A DNA stretch of 63,784 bases, filler included, from Cercozoa sp. M6MM (lineage: Eukaryota > Protista > Endomyxa: Ascetosporea): assembly GCA_040357565.1 (NCBI GenBank). It is 8 parts of 8 records of this genome, joined end to end, with 100 filler letters (N's around TTAATTAATTAA, not from the genome) between each part and the next. Parts side by side here need not be neighbours in the genome. Positions count along the whole stretch, not along the records: positions 1 to 30,813 come from JBDODJ010000129.1; 7 more parts are not named here. One strand, given 5' to 3'. The notes beneath the pieces were generated by a model, which made no database searches, was not told where the DNA came from, and saw only the letters and a program-made list of their open reading frames with translations. Shown in pieces: positions 1 to 13,164 of this stretch (positions within the stretch are counted from its first letter, which is position 1; each line of letters starts with the position of its first letter). A program made the position numbers and the translations under genes.

Positions 1-489
1 TGGATCTGCTGCACTACTCGCGAGATCGCAATCACACTGCAGTACAACCGTGTCAAACGCAGATACTTGTATTGCCTCAAATGTTATAGATTGAGAGACT
101 TACCGCTCAGAGGCCTGCTCGCCCAGCAGGAGGCCGATGCGCACGTCGACAGCAAGGGTCACATGCAGCAACAGCACGAATACCGATCCGAATGACCATG
201 GTGACCACATCAGGCTGGCGACAGCAGGATCGGAAGAACACTATTGCAACAATAACTCAACCTGCAGGGCCAACCCGACACACGGCGATCGCGAATCCCG
301 TAGGCCAGGTGACAGAAGAGACCCTGTTGCTGCTTGGAATGCTGCGCAAGTCTCGGCACTTGCCACCCTTAAACTAACTTCCATGGCGCACCTTTAACAA
401 CTGAATAAGCTTGATCAATAAAAATCGGATTGCCCTACTGTAGAGCTCAGTAGTGTTCGTGCGTATGCGCATTAAGTTTCGAAACAAGA

Positions 490-1914
490 TTAATGACCAG
501 AGGCACGCATAAGTGGTGTGTTGGGTGGAGCAGCACCGGCGCTCAGGTTGGCCGAGTCGGAGTTCGTGTTGACCTGGCGTCGTTGCTGCTGATTGTTGGC
601 ACCACTACCACCGCTGCCTGCCGTCGAGCTGTTGCGTCCCGGGAGCTGCTGGTGCTGCCGCTTGAGCTGATCGGCGCGCGAGCCGCGTCGTGCCGCGCTT
701 GCACTCGGCAGCACCGGCGACTGCGCGTAGCCCTGCAAGGGGGGGGGGGGAAAGGGGACCCGGGGGGGGGTAAGCTGCCTACCTGCTTGGAGCGTGCGTA
801 CGCAGCCTGCAACTGCGCCTCAAGTGCCGGGTCCAGCTGCAGTTCGCTCGTGCGACCCGAGCGCCCGCGCGTCCGGAAGCCACTGAGAAGGGCAAAGGAG
901 GGTGAGGGTGGGGGGGGGGGGGTAAAGGGGGACAGATACGCAATGGGACTGCTCTCGCCACTGCGCTGGAAACCGTGCGCCGGCGGCAGCGAGAACTCGC
1001 TGACATCGCTCGCGAGTGACCCGCTGCGCGAACGCGTCTGTAGCATGTGCATCTGCATCTACACAGAGGGAGGGTAAAATACAAAAAGGGTGGGGTGTAA
1101 AATACAAAGGGTAAGGGGTAGGGGGTCAACCTGTTGCTGCTGCGGCGTGAGCGTGGCGAAACGTTGTCGCGGCGCAAGCTGCGGCGTGTCCATGCCGGCG
1201 CCAAAAAGCGGCGTGGCCGGCGGTGTCGCCGCCGATGTCTGGCGACGCATGCCTGCCTGTGCCTACGCAACACGATATGCTAGGATCCGCGCGGAAGTGG
1301 GGGTGGGGTACTGTGAAACTCGGCGTATTGGGCGGTCCACTCATGGGCAGCGGCGACGGCGACATGGACATGGAGGCGTGCAACTGCAGCGGCACCTGCA
1401 GCGGCGTGTTCTGCGGCTGCGCCGGCGCCAGCAGCGGCGTGTTGTTGTGCGCCACGTGACTGCCGCGCCGGCGCGTCGGCGACTGCGACCACGGCGACAA
1501 GTCCAGCGGCGACATGTCGTTCGCCGACGACGCCGAGCGACGGAACTACCACACACAAAAACACACATATATGTATACATATACACATATATATATACAT
1601 AACATACACACGGTAAAGGATAACAAGAGGTACCGGCGCAGGTGCCGTCGAGATCAGCGGCGACATCAGCATCGGCTGCGGCCCTTGCTCGTTCTGCTGC
1701 AGACGCGCCAGTCTCTGCAGAGAGACATCAGATGCACAAATAGAGAAACACAGCAGGTGTATACGTCAAAAAGTACCCGATCGAGACGTGAGGCGAACTC
1801 GTTGGCAGGTGCCGTGGTGACAGTGACATTGTTGGCAGCCTGCTGAGTGATGGCAATGCCTGCCTCCTCACTGCAGATCGAGTGCGATCGCTGGAAACGC
1901 GGGAGTGACGCCAT
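490..1914 (-). CDS. Low-complexity Ser/Pro/Gln-rich protein of unknown function, about 7 exons
   Basis: ATG at 1914 (MASLPRFQRSHSICSEE). ORF pieces in different frames are separated by GT-AG introns, several C-rich. Stop at 490. Confidence 0.55.
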
Positions 1915-2658
1915 TTTCGATCTCTCTCTCTTCTCTCTAGCTTGCTTGCTTGAGCTCTCCCAAACACTCGTGTTACACAGGGAAAGCAGCTCTTGTCTCG
2001 CCCGGTTGATCACTCAGTTGCTTGTCCGTTTCTCGTCAAACCGTCAAAAAGCACCCAACAACTCCCAAGTCAGTTAGCGGCACGGTTTCGTCTCGTACTG
2101 CTCGCACACAACCAACGCTCCTTCACGAATACAATCTCACCGAAGCAAACACTCAAAATTGCAAAAAGCGCGGCAGGTTGGGTCCCAAATTGAACCAACT
2201 CAGGTGGCCACAAATCGCCAAAAACTGAACACAAACGGGTGCAAATAGCTCTTTTGTAAGCTTTACAAACTGTCACACGTTTTCACTGGCAGTTGTGAGT
2301 CTTTGACTGGTCAAACATCATCAGAACAAAGTCGTTGTTTCGAGGATCATGTACGAAAAAGTATCAAAAGCAGCGCACATTTTTGGGGCGGCGAACGCCA
2401 CAGTAGCACACTTCCTAGCGCGCACAAGTGTCTTCAGACAGTTCGACGTACTTTGACCCCTGGAAAGCCTCGCTGCGGCGTGATATTCGCCTTGCAATTT
2501 CTTTGAGCCTACATGAGCCGGACGATTTGAGCTGATACTTACAAGACTGGACCACTTGATGGTTGCTCTGGCTCCCTTCTTTGGCCGAATTCAGTCTTTT
2601 GTGCCTCTCACTTCACACCAAGGAAGTTTGCGGGTCACTGATATCTTTACGAGAGAAA

Positions 2659-3477
2659 ATGCTGAAGCTGCTCGTTGTTGCATGTGCCCTTCTGGGAACT
2701 GTGCTGGGTTCGAACGGTAAAATCCTTGTCCTGAATGTGAGCATTCTACCCTGGTCTCTTCTGTGCTTTCTGTGCTTTTGGCTGGGTCTCTGAGTGATGA
2801 TTCCTTGTTGACTGGGCGATCAGTTTTTTCTTGTGCAACTAAGTATCATTTGTGCAAAATATCTGCATTCCTGTTGTTGCGGTTACCTGTGTCACTGTAT
2901 GAATGCCTTGAATGCCTCTTGTTCCCCAGAGCCGAACGGCTTCTCGCGCCGCAAGTACGCTCTGGAAAAGCCCGAAGATGTCGTAAAGACGTCCGAGCCC
3001 TACTCGCTTGGTCCCGGTGAATGCCGCCCGGTGTACATTACTGAGGACATTGATGGCAAGTACTCGCGTCGTTCGATCGAGAGCCAGATTTACGTACTGT
3101 CTGTTCTTGTGTGTTTGTTTTGTATCACACAAATATCAATTTTCTTTGGTCATGCAGACGCGTGTTGAGTCGGACAGCTTCTTCTCGGTGTCGATCGTTG
3201 GCTCCGATGGTTTGGCGCACTCGCACCCCAAGGTCAAGGTCATCGAACACTCGTCGTACTGGCCGGACATCGTAGGCCTTTCCCTTCTGCCTGATTGTGC
3301 TTGCCTGGTTGTGCTCGAGTGTTTCCGATGCGTGACTATTTGCGAGAACAGCTGGTGTGCAACCCGAACGAGCTGACGTCGATGTCTTTCACGGTCTCGT
3401 ACGCGAACGATGCGCGCACGCCCGTGACGCTTGCGGCGCTTGCTATTGCGCTCGTTGTGGCCGTTCTTAACGTCTAA
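2659..3477 (+). CDS. Secreted, probably GPI-anchored surface protein, 4 exons
   Basis: Signal-peptide-like start MLKLLVVACALLGTVLGS. Exons join in phase and end in a hydrophobic tail NDARTPVTLAALAIALVVAVLNV*. Confidence 0.6.
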
Positions 3478-3870
3478 CGCTAGCCTCGCCTCCACCGCAC
3501 ACGTCCGCCGCTATCTCCCCGTCCATCATCATTCGACTCTCGCATCATACCGTACGCGGCCGGTCTGTGTACATAAAACTTAGAACCCGGCGATGCCAAA
3601 ACTAAATTGAACTATGTTACGGAACGATATTCTCCATCCGGTCAGTCAGGTCTGTCTGAGTCCTGGCGTAGTACTCTCGTCTCTTTGGACTGCCAAAGCC
3701 TGAATTACTAAAAGGCTGCGGTGACAACTAGTTAGTTCGAATGCGCATGCAGTCGACCAACTAGTGTACTGTCATATATAAACTACATGTACATAGTTTT
3801 CCTGTACGAGGCACGACTGACACTGGCGCAACATTAAGTACCGCAGGAACCGTGCCGCATGGTACTGCCA

Positions 3871-4197
3871 TGCATGCATGCCAGTGATCGGTTCCCGGAT
3901 CACGTTTGGTTATTTTATGCAAGCACTGCCTCGACTAAAATCGAAGCATGCGATGTTTCATTTCAGTTCGACGTCGATGTTGAAGGCGAGGAGGTCGTGT
4001 GTGCCACGATCTCGAATGTCGGCACAATAGTTCCTGACTTGCGCTGGCGCGTAGAGGTAACGGAGCTGAACAAGACAGGAACAGACTGAAGCTGAGGGTA
4101 CCAGGTTGCTGTCAACTCTGTTTTCGCCCGCGCTCTTGTCGAGCTCCATGCCACGTGTTCGCTTCAACGGCAGCGTCATGCCTTCTGTGATCTGTGA
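3871..4197 (+). CDS. Possible small spliced gene with a COMM-domain-like motif
   Basis: Spliced reading ...TIVPDLRWRVE|VAVNSVFARAL resembles the COMM-domain 'WRVDV' motif. Gene boundaries are unclear. Confidence 0.25.
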
Positions 4198-4374
4198 GGC
4201 AGCAACATTATCACAGTATTATGCGGTCAAACTAAATTTCGCTCACCCTGTGATTGTCAACCGAGTCGAGCATAGACGGCAGTTCAGCTCGCAAGCTTTC
4301 AGCGTCGGCAGCAGCAAGAAGCAGAGTACAGGCACGCGTGCGGGCAGTGTCATCAGCTGTGGAAACACGCTGTG

Positions 4375-6320
4375 TTATAACACTTGGTAAACAAAAGTAA
4401 AAGCCCACCTCTCCAGTCCAGGACGCGACGAGTTGCGAACCGAAAGCACACTTTCAGTGGTCTGCAAGAAATCAGAGAGTGCCGACAAGGAAAGCAACAG
4501 AAAGTCCATGTACGAGGCAACTGGCAAGTTAATTTCGGCCTCCGGAATGGCTGTTTTGACACCATAGAGACCTGTCGCTGCGGTGGGTGTCCAATCGTCC
4601 ACAAACAACCTGAACACGAGAGCAAAAACTGTCAAAGAAACAAAGACGGAGAAAGCCAAACTGGTACAGTGCACGGCCAGGCTCTTCAAACAAAAGCGGA
4701 TCCTCTCGAACAGCTTGACGTACCGCTGTCTGCAAGATTAAAGCTAAGCATCAGCGACCAATTGAAAATGAACGATAAAACATACGAAGAATCGCTGGAG
4801 TCGTTCCAGTGCTTCTTTCGGAGTGCTACGCGAATACACAAACCAACAAACCTGGCCAACCAAAAAGCAGCCTTACACCCAGAGAAGAACTCGCATCTCC
4901 TGCACGCTGTAATCACGTTGGTCCCAGTTGCGAATGCTATCGCTCAGCAGCACTCGATTCGGCACCTGCAATTATCACTCAATTAAAAAAGGGGTCAGTG
5001 TCCATCCCAAGAACTCAACCCACATAGTGCATTGTTCGATCAGCAGCACGAATCGCCGTACATCGAAGGTGGACATCAATCACTTCTCCTGTATTCAAAA
5101 TAAATAAATATAAATACTATACATATAGTTTCACTGTTACCTTCGATTCCTCCAACCCAAACCCACTCGCCGACGTTGACGGTCGAGCTATCAGTCATGA
5201 GAGCAAGAACGCCGCCGAACACGTCTTGCAGCAAGCCACCAAACGCACTGAGTCACAGCAGTTTGCTGCACACTCACAAAGCACACACGATTTTCAAAAG
5301 CTTGCGCGTACAGCATTCCTGCGGCGACAACGAGGGCACTGGCCGGGAGCAGTGCCGTCAATGAGACGCCCAGACCAGTCAACAAGGCGATGATTGCCAC
5401 CACGAAGAGCAAGGCACGACACAAGTTGTGCAAGATACGAGCGCGCGTGCTACCAATAGTCGGTTTGAATTAAAGTGAAGAGCAGTAAATACTACAAGAT
5501 TCGTGTACCACATTTGGCCACTTTTGGCACGCAGACGGCGCACCATTTCTTCAGCATCAGCTCCCTAAGAACGAGAAGGCTTAAAAGCTACAAACACACG
5601 AAGGACAAGCGATACATCAGGTGAATCGTATTGATCACTCGTGATGCGCGAGATCTGCTGCTGCTTGGCCTCTTCAGTTTGCCGCACCTACGCCAAGAAC
5701 ACAGAGTTAGATTTAAAAAAAACGAACAGGAAGAGAATAATGTACGAATCGGTTCAAAGCAGCGTCCATGATGTAGCCGAGAAGCGAGGTGGCAGCCAAC
5801 ACAATACTGGAACATAAAAACACCCGTACAATGTACACCTGGTGTCCATGGTAGGCGATACTGCAGCATCTGGCAAGCCACGTAGACGTCCTTGACCATC
5901 CACGACTCTGAGCTTTCCTTGTCCTCGATGATGGTTTTGCAGAGGATCCCAATGACGACGTAGTAGGAAGCAAAGCAGATCAGCAAGAACACTTGCAGCG
6001 GCCGTTTCTGGACGCGGTATCGCCGCCATCCGCGTGGTCGCAATCTCGGCGGACCTGTCACACATATCAAAGTGACAGGTTCAGCCCTTTTGCTTGACAC
6101 GAAACAAGAAAAACGCACTGAAGGAGGCCATCAGTTTCGCATGGATGTTGCTGTCAACTGTTTTCAGCACACGCAACAACACCACTAAACCTACGACGCC
6201 CGTCAGTGCAAAGGCACCTCCTGCAAGTGAAAAAAGACATCGTGAAGCAAAGTAGGAGTAATCAAACACAAAAGGTGTACCGACAAGCCACTTCTGTGCG
6301 TCAGTTTCCACTTTCATCAA
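4375..6320 (-). CDS. One or two multi-exon membrane-protein genes of unknown family
   Basis: Several hydrophobic minus-strand exon-like pieces (FALTGVVGLVVLLRVL, VFLLICFASYYVVIGIL, ALLFVVAIIALLTGLGVSL). Exon structure not fully resolved. Confidence 0.35.
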
Positions 6321-6724
6321 TCAGCGATCGGTTTTCTAATTTTGCTTCAGAAGATATTATTGGGTCTTGGGACACAACGCAAATTTGACGCGAAAAATGC
6401 CACCAAAGTAGCGTAGGCACACACCTACTGTTAACTACTAGCTATAATCGAGTTTTCGCAATGAGCGCCGGAGCACGTACAGTGCGTGATTAAAACGTAT
6501 ATTTCGAAGTCGACGGCATTGCAAAAGTGGGTTTTAGCTCACTCTGGGCCGAAAAACAGCTTGGTATTTTCCGGTTAAGGGATCTCCTTAGGTCAGCGCG
6601 CAACTGCTGTTTGCAACATCCTCAACTGAAAAGAATGCTGCGCGTTTTCTATTCAAGGGGCATCTGCAACTTCCCTTAAACCTGTACTGTAGCACTGCAA
6701 ACTCTTACCATTGGTAGTTTATCG

Positions 6725-7758
6725 ATGTCGGTCGCTTCTTTCAAACCGCTCGCCAAACGGATCGTTAATTTCTGGTATTCATCCTCAGTGTCGCGAAAAC
6801 GACTATTTTTTGTATCTTTGACAGGTATGGTGGTGCGCTCCCGGCGGTCAGCGAAGGTCTCCCTTCAGATTCTGTGAAACGGTGGTACATGGGTGGAGCC
6901 GAGTTCGACGAAGAAATTCGCGTCGAATTCGGTACCGAAGTCGAAAAAGCGCTGGAAGCTCCCGAAAAATGGCCGCAGGTAAATTAACACCCTTCTGCCT
7001 TCTGTGTGTAGTTTCTCAACTCTTTGGTCTCGCAGGCTCACAGCTCATGCAGTACCTTTTGTTTGGCCTGTAGGAAGTGTTTCAGTTCGACGACGCAGAT
7101 CCAGAGGAAGCCTCAGCTGCGATCATTGTGCTCGATCAGTTCACTCGCAACCTCTACCGCGATGAGTAACTACTTTCAGTTCGATGCTTTGCGCTTGAGA
7201 CTGATGTTGCTTCTGGACAATTTATATTATGGTTTATTTGGCAGTCCGACAGCCTTCGCCGCTGATGCACGTGCGCTGGCGCTGGCGGATCACTTGTAAG
7301 TTTAAAGCTAAAACTTACCCTTCCATTCAGTCGTTTTGAGTTCGACTGTCTCGAACTGAGTTTAGTTTCCGTTCGCTTTTCTTTGAGCAGCGTTGCGAAT
7401 GGAACAGATGTGCGCGCACAGGAACTGCACCCGTCGCTGGCTACGCTGATCTACCATCCCTTCATGCACAGCGAGAATCTTGAGGCGCAGAATCGCGGCA
7501 TCGCGCTGCTGGAAAAGCTCACTAGCACCCTTCCGGAGGAACATCCGTACTTTCCTACGCTCAACACGAACCTCGACTACTTCAAGAAGCATCGAGATGT
7601 TATCGGTATTTGTCACTTGTTGCATAAGTTTATGAAGGCGATTGGTATTGTGTTTGTGCGCAGAACAGTTCGGTCGCTTCCCCCACCGAAACGACGTGCT
7701 CGGCCGCACGTCCACGCCCGAAGAAATTGAAGCTGTTGCCAACGGCATGCGCTTCTGA
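6725..7758 (+). CDS. DUF924 family protein, 6 exons
   Basis: Spliced protein carries IIVLDQFTRNLYRD, YHPFMHSENL and FGRFPHRNDVLGRTSTPEE. All five GT-AG introns are phase-compatible. Confidence 0.9.
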
Positions 7759-8094
7759 ATCTGAGTTTTGCTGGAGCTCCTGTGCCGTACCGTAAAAACC
7801 CGAGCGATCAACTCATGAGTGAAAGTGCTCCTGTCAATCCGAGTCACTCACTGTATTTGATGAGACAATGTATTAGTTTTGTCACTAATCAAGTGTTCTG
7901 CGACTGTTTTTAGTTAAATATCCGCTGTAAACCCCCTTTTCCGGCCATGCAGTGTCCATTTTGCCCAAGTCTGGCTGCAAGTTTCTGGAAGAAGTCGAGA
8001 CCCAGACATAGGCGCAACGCGTTTAGCACGCATAAACGAGCTTGTTCTTAGTTGCTGCAAGCCTTCTAGGCGTTAAACAGACCACACACAGCCA

Positions 8095-8900
8095 ATGGGT
8101 GCCGCGTGTCCTTTTTGTTGGTTCACGTTGTTTTTGTTTTTAACTGAGTTTTTGTTCTGGCGCAGTGTTTTGCTCGAACTGCGGTGCCGCCGATCAAAAC
8201 GGCAAATTTTGCAGCCAGTGTGGCAGCAAGGTGGGCTCGCCGGCCACGCAGTCCGCTGCCTCGGTGCAGGCCGCTCCCTCCAACTTCACGGTACGTCTTA
8301 ATCGTAAAAGAGCATTACTGGTATCTCTGCCGGTTCCGCGCAGATGGGATGTTTGTTTCTCTCAGGTCGCTCCGACAGAGCGCGCGCCAGCTGCTGAGCC
8401 GAAGAAGTCAGCCTATGCCAACATTGGTCTGACATCGAGTCGCTTCCGCGCCCCACCGGCTGACAAGTGAGATTTTTCCCTGTCGGTTTTTGGTATTTGG
8501 GTTCCTTGTCTCACGAGTTTTGCTTTGTGTGGTGCAACAGGTGTCCGCGATGCGACAAGCGCGTCTACGCGGCCGAAGCGGTGGATGCGTTGGGCAAGAA
8601 GTTCCACAAGACGTGCTTCAAGTGTACCTTGGTGTTCTGCTCTGAAGCTTTCATCTGTTTTTCACAAAACAGCTTTTGAAAAGGCACCAGCTGCAAGCGT
8701 CGCCTCGAGAAAAGCCACGTCTGCGAAAATGACGGAAACCTGTACTGCAAGACGTGCTACGGCCAGAACTTTGGTCCCAAGGGTACTTTCTCAGCTCTCG
8801 TTGTGTCTGGACAAATTTGATGAGGATTAAAATTGCGTCTGTTTTTGTTGCAGGCTACGGCTTTGGCCAGGGCGCTGGCGCACTCACGTCGACGACTTAA
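8095..8900 (+). CDS. CRP/CRIP-type LIM protein with an N-terminal zinc ribbon, 6 exons
   Basis: FCSNCG...FCSQCG ribbon, then [15 protein letters not shown]...[11 protein letters not shown]...YCKTCY, then the CRP glycine-rich tail [15 protein letters not shown]. Confidence 0.9.
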
Positions 8901-9090
8901 TTGTTATTCAGCCGTGTGTAAGCCCGTTATTCGGCCGTGTGTAAGCCCCCGCGCCCGGCCCGAGATTGAAAGGACGGACATCGATGTGACGCAAGCAACT
9001 CTTTAAAATTACCCTCGCCTGATCAAGTCGAGTGCACATTCGATTCTAAATTGAAACGAAGTGTTCGGCTTGGCCCCCGCCATACATGTC

Positions 9091-12000
9091 ATGTCATGTC
9101 AGGTGCTACTGGTGTTTGAAGTGATCGCGATGATCGGGATCATTGCGCTGAAACAGGCACGGGAGGCTGGTTTTTCTCGGCGTCCCAATCTGAGCGAGAT
9201 TAGAGTTCTCAATCTGTGTGAGCGTGAGCATAGGCGTGACACCTGGGTAGCTTGGCCTGCCAGGTATGTTGAACCTCTAATCTCGCGTGTGGTGCGATCG
9301 GCTCTCGGAGTGTGTTTTTATGTTTTTATAGAGCGGCCGTGCAGCGCCCGTGCAGATGGGTTTAACAGTATCAGACAGCCCAGAGGCCTACGTGGGTACA
9401 CTAGCGGCTGTGTGGATCGGCGTGGGTATGTCGCTTGCGCGTCAACGTCGCTCTGTGTCGATCATGCGCGGAGTCGCCACGGCAGGTAGGCAGGAGATGT
9501 TTGTGTATTGCACGTTGGTTATGCAGAGAAACGACTGTGCGCTCAGGCTACGTGGCTGGCGTCGTGTTGTTTTATTCAAAGAGTTCGGAGGCTTGGCATG
9601 CGGCGATTGGACTGACGTTTGCAACGACTCTGGCGGTCCTGCTGGCACTGACGATTCGACACTTTGTCGCCGACGACCGTACGAGTGTTCTTACTCGGTG
9701 GTTGCCTGTGTTATTTGGGTGGTCGGAACCATGACAGAACAAACCGTGGTGGGACTGGCGTGTGCGCCGGGAGTGTTGCTGGCGTGGACGCTGCCGTTGG
9801 ACGCCGGTGCCTCATTGCTGGCACTCGGTGTGCCGCTGCTGATCCTAACGCTGCTGCCGCTGCTTGCTCTCTTGACAGACAAGGAGGAACGTCGACTCGG
9901 CCGTGCTCAAGCTCGTTCGGAAACGGCGCAAGACGAACTCACGCGACACGAGCGACGCGCGCGCAGCGAGGCCGCCTCTGACGGCTCCCCAGATGGCACC
10001 TGTTCCGACACCCCGGATGACACCCTGGATGGTACCCCGTATGGTACCCCGTGTGGGACACCGGATGGTCAAGACTCGGCCCCAGTCTGCACCGTGGTTG
10101 AACACGTCGTGTCGGACGAAATCATCGAAACGAAAGGGACAGACGAAGAGGACGAAAGCGACGCCGAAAGCGACACTGACAGCAGCTTGGTCGAAGGAGA
10201 CAACCAGGATGACTGGTCCTTCCAGGGGGAGTTGGAATGCAATGACGACGCTGATGACGATGCTTGGGGCAGCGGCAGTGTCGAAACGACACCTGTCGAA
10301 ACGACACCTGCTGATTGGGCAGTGCCTGCTGAACAGACAGTGCCTGCTGATTGGGCAGTGCCTGCTGAACAGACAGTGCCTGCTGAACAGACAGTGTCAA
10401 CAGCACCGGCGGCAGTGTCGTTTGGCGCTCCTGTGGCACGGTCCAGCTGCACCACCGCCAACAACAACAAGAAAAACAACAAGAGAAACAACAAGAAAAA
10501 CAACAACAGCAGGAGCATGCAGCGGCACTTCATGTCGCGTCTGTCGCACTCATCGACGCCGGAGCGACCATTCTGTGACGCCGTGAATGCGCCGACTTCG
10601 ATGGCATCGGCTCCGCCTGTCGCGTCGGTTCCTTCGGTCGCGTCGACTCCGATCGCTTCGACTCCGCCTGTTGCGTCGGCTCCGCTTGCACGCGTACTGT
10701 TGTTTTTCTTTGTTGTTTTTTGTTTGTTTTTGCATTTGTTTGCTGTTGTTTGTTGTTATTGTTGTTGTTTTGTTGTTATTGTTGTTTTTTGTTTGTTGTT
10801 GTTGTTTTTTTTTGTTGTTGTTTGTTTGTTGTTTGTTGTGTGTATTAGTTTTATGTTGTCGTTTTTTGTGTTGTTGTTTCTGTGTTGTTGTTTCTATGTT
10901 ATTGTTGTTTTTTGTGTGGTTTTGTTTTGTTTGTAGTTTTTAACTATTGCTGTTATTTTGCTGTTTCTGCAGCGACGTGAAAAGGAAGTAGCGCTGTCCG
11001 CGCGGAAGAAGCGGAAAGCGAAACTGAACAATTTAAGTTTCTTGGGCGATGACGGTGTCGGTGATGGTGTCAGTGACAGTGGCGGTGGTGGCGTGCAGAT
11101 CGCACGTGGCACTATTATTGACGACGGTATGTTTACCCCTTTACCCCCTGTTTGCCCCCTGTTTACCCCCTCTTTACCCCCCCCCCCCAGAACCGATGGT
11201 GATCGAGGACGACGTGGTGCAGTCGGGCAGCGTGACACACGTGTGTCCGCACTGTCAGAAGGCTTTCACGCGGCGCACCAACCTGCGTGCGCACATAGAG
11301 GAACGACACCTGTACCGACTGACCGAGTCGGCAGGGTCTGGGTCACCGGGGACACGGTCTGGGTCTGGGTCACCTGGGTCAGGGTCAGCTGGTACAGGGA
11401 CGGTTTCGTATGCGAGTGGTGACGACGTCGGCAGCAGCGGCAGCGAGTCCGAGAGCGAGAAGCCTTTTGCGTGCTGCTGGCTTTACCCCCCCCCCCCCCC
11501 TGTTTATCCCCTCCTTACCCCCTCTATACCCCCCTCTTTACCCGCGCTTTACCCCTCGCTTTACCCCCCCCCCCGCTTTACCCCTAGTTTTACCCCTACT
11601 CCTTGGTAGCTGCACGCACTGCAGCAAGCGTTTCGCGCGCAAGAGCAATCTGATGCGGCACCAGCTGACGCACAGCAAGACGCTGCCGTTTGCGTGTTCC
11701 TTCTGTCAGCGACGCTTTCGTGACAAGAGCAACTGTCAGAAGCACGAGGTAGTCTTACCCCTACCCCGCCCCCTTTACCCCCCTACCCACCCTTACCCCC
11801 TACCCCCTGAGTGCAGTTGACGCACAGTGCGGCGACGCCGTTCCACTGTCACCTGTGTCCGAAGCAGTTCAAGCAGCGGTCGTACCTGTCGCGACATTTG
11901 CGTGTTCACCTGCGTCGTGCCTGCAAACAAAACGCCGAGAAAGGACTGCCTCCGTACCTTCTGGCTTGCCTTTTCTTTGTCTATTTGTATATATATACAT

Positions 12001-13164
12001 TTATATGTAGGCATGTGGATGTGTCTGTGTGTATGTGTGTAATAAGTTTGTATATGTGTACGTGTGTATGCATGCATGTACTATCTGTACATGTGCAGGT
12101 ATTGTGTGTATGTATATGAATGTACTTATGTCTGTACATTTTGTCTGTGTTTTGTGTCTGTGTCCATATAACTTTACTTGCGGAAATTTGTTTAATGCTT
12201 TTATAAGTACATGTATATATTTTTATGTCTCTACATGTATCTGTATGTCTATATATATATATATGTATCGATATAATCTATATATATATATATATGTTTG
12301 TATCTATATATCTATACATATATATATATGCAATATGAACGTGCATGTACGTGTGTGTGTGTGTACAGTCCGGCGGCCGACCTGTTTCGAATTCGCGAGT
12401 CGATGAAACAAAAAACGAAAGCGTCGGTGCAGCCGCAGATGTCGCTGCAGCCGCTGCTGCGAGTGTCGCCCTCTCCACCACTTCAACTCCAGCATCAGCA
12501 ACATCACCATCAGCAACATCACCATCAGCAACATCACCATCAACAACAACACCAACAACAACATCAACACCAACAACAACATCAACACCGACAACATCAT
12601 CAACAATATCACCATCACCAACAGCAACAGCAACAGCATCATCAACAGCAGTACAGTCTGTCCTCGCAGACGCCATCGCCAGCCTACCGCAGTGTGCCTG
12701 TTCCGCACAGGTCACCTGTCTTTGAGACCACTGGTCGTGTGCTTGACTTGCCGCCTTCTGCTCTGCTGCCGGTACCTTACCGACTTTGCACCCTTTTGGT
12801 ATTGTTTCAGACACACACACTGTAGCCACCGGTCCTGCCGAAAATGCCCGAGATTCCAGTCCTACTGGACGACGATATCGCTTCCTTGTTGGACCGTGTC
12901 GTGTGTGAAACCGAACAGCCGTCCTTGCAGCAGTCGTTTCACTCGTTGCAGCCGTTGCACCAGCAGCCGTTGTACCAGCAGCAGTCTACACATGTACAGT
13001 CCTTCGAATTCCAGTCGCACTCGTCAGCAGGCGCCGAACCGTCCTTCTTCTTCCAGAAGACTGCGAGTGGCGAACAGCAGTCTGTCGCAGACACTACGAG
13101 CCCTGGCATGTGGCCTGCGCCTGATGCCTTCCAACCCTTTTCTCTGCCGCCATTAGAGTTATGA
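9091..13164 (+). CDS. C2H2 zinc-finger protein (4 fingers, polyQ/H tract) with a hydrophobic multi-pass N-terminal region; start uncertain
   Basis: Fingers CPHC..H..ERH, CTHC..HQLTH, CSFC..HELTH and CHLC..HLRVH. Every intron from 10694 onward is phase-compatible. The frame is open from the hydrophobic exon (about 9739) to 10693. Confidence 0.8.

Noticed and set aside
6725-7758. DUF924 or LOG as bacterial contamination or recent HGT
   Set aside because: Both carry multiple spliceosomal introns in host style, and both families are known in eukaryotes.
10694-10972. Very hydrophobic Phe/Val/Cys C-terminus of ORF 9350-10936
   Set aside because: It is a GTT-rich GT-AG intron read through by the ORF finder. 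Splicing it out restores the frame to the zinc fingers.
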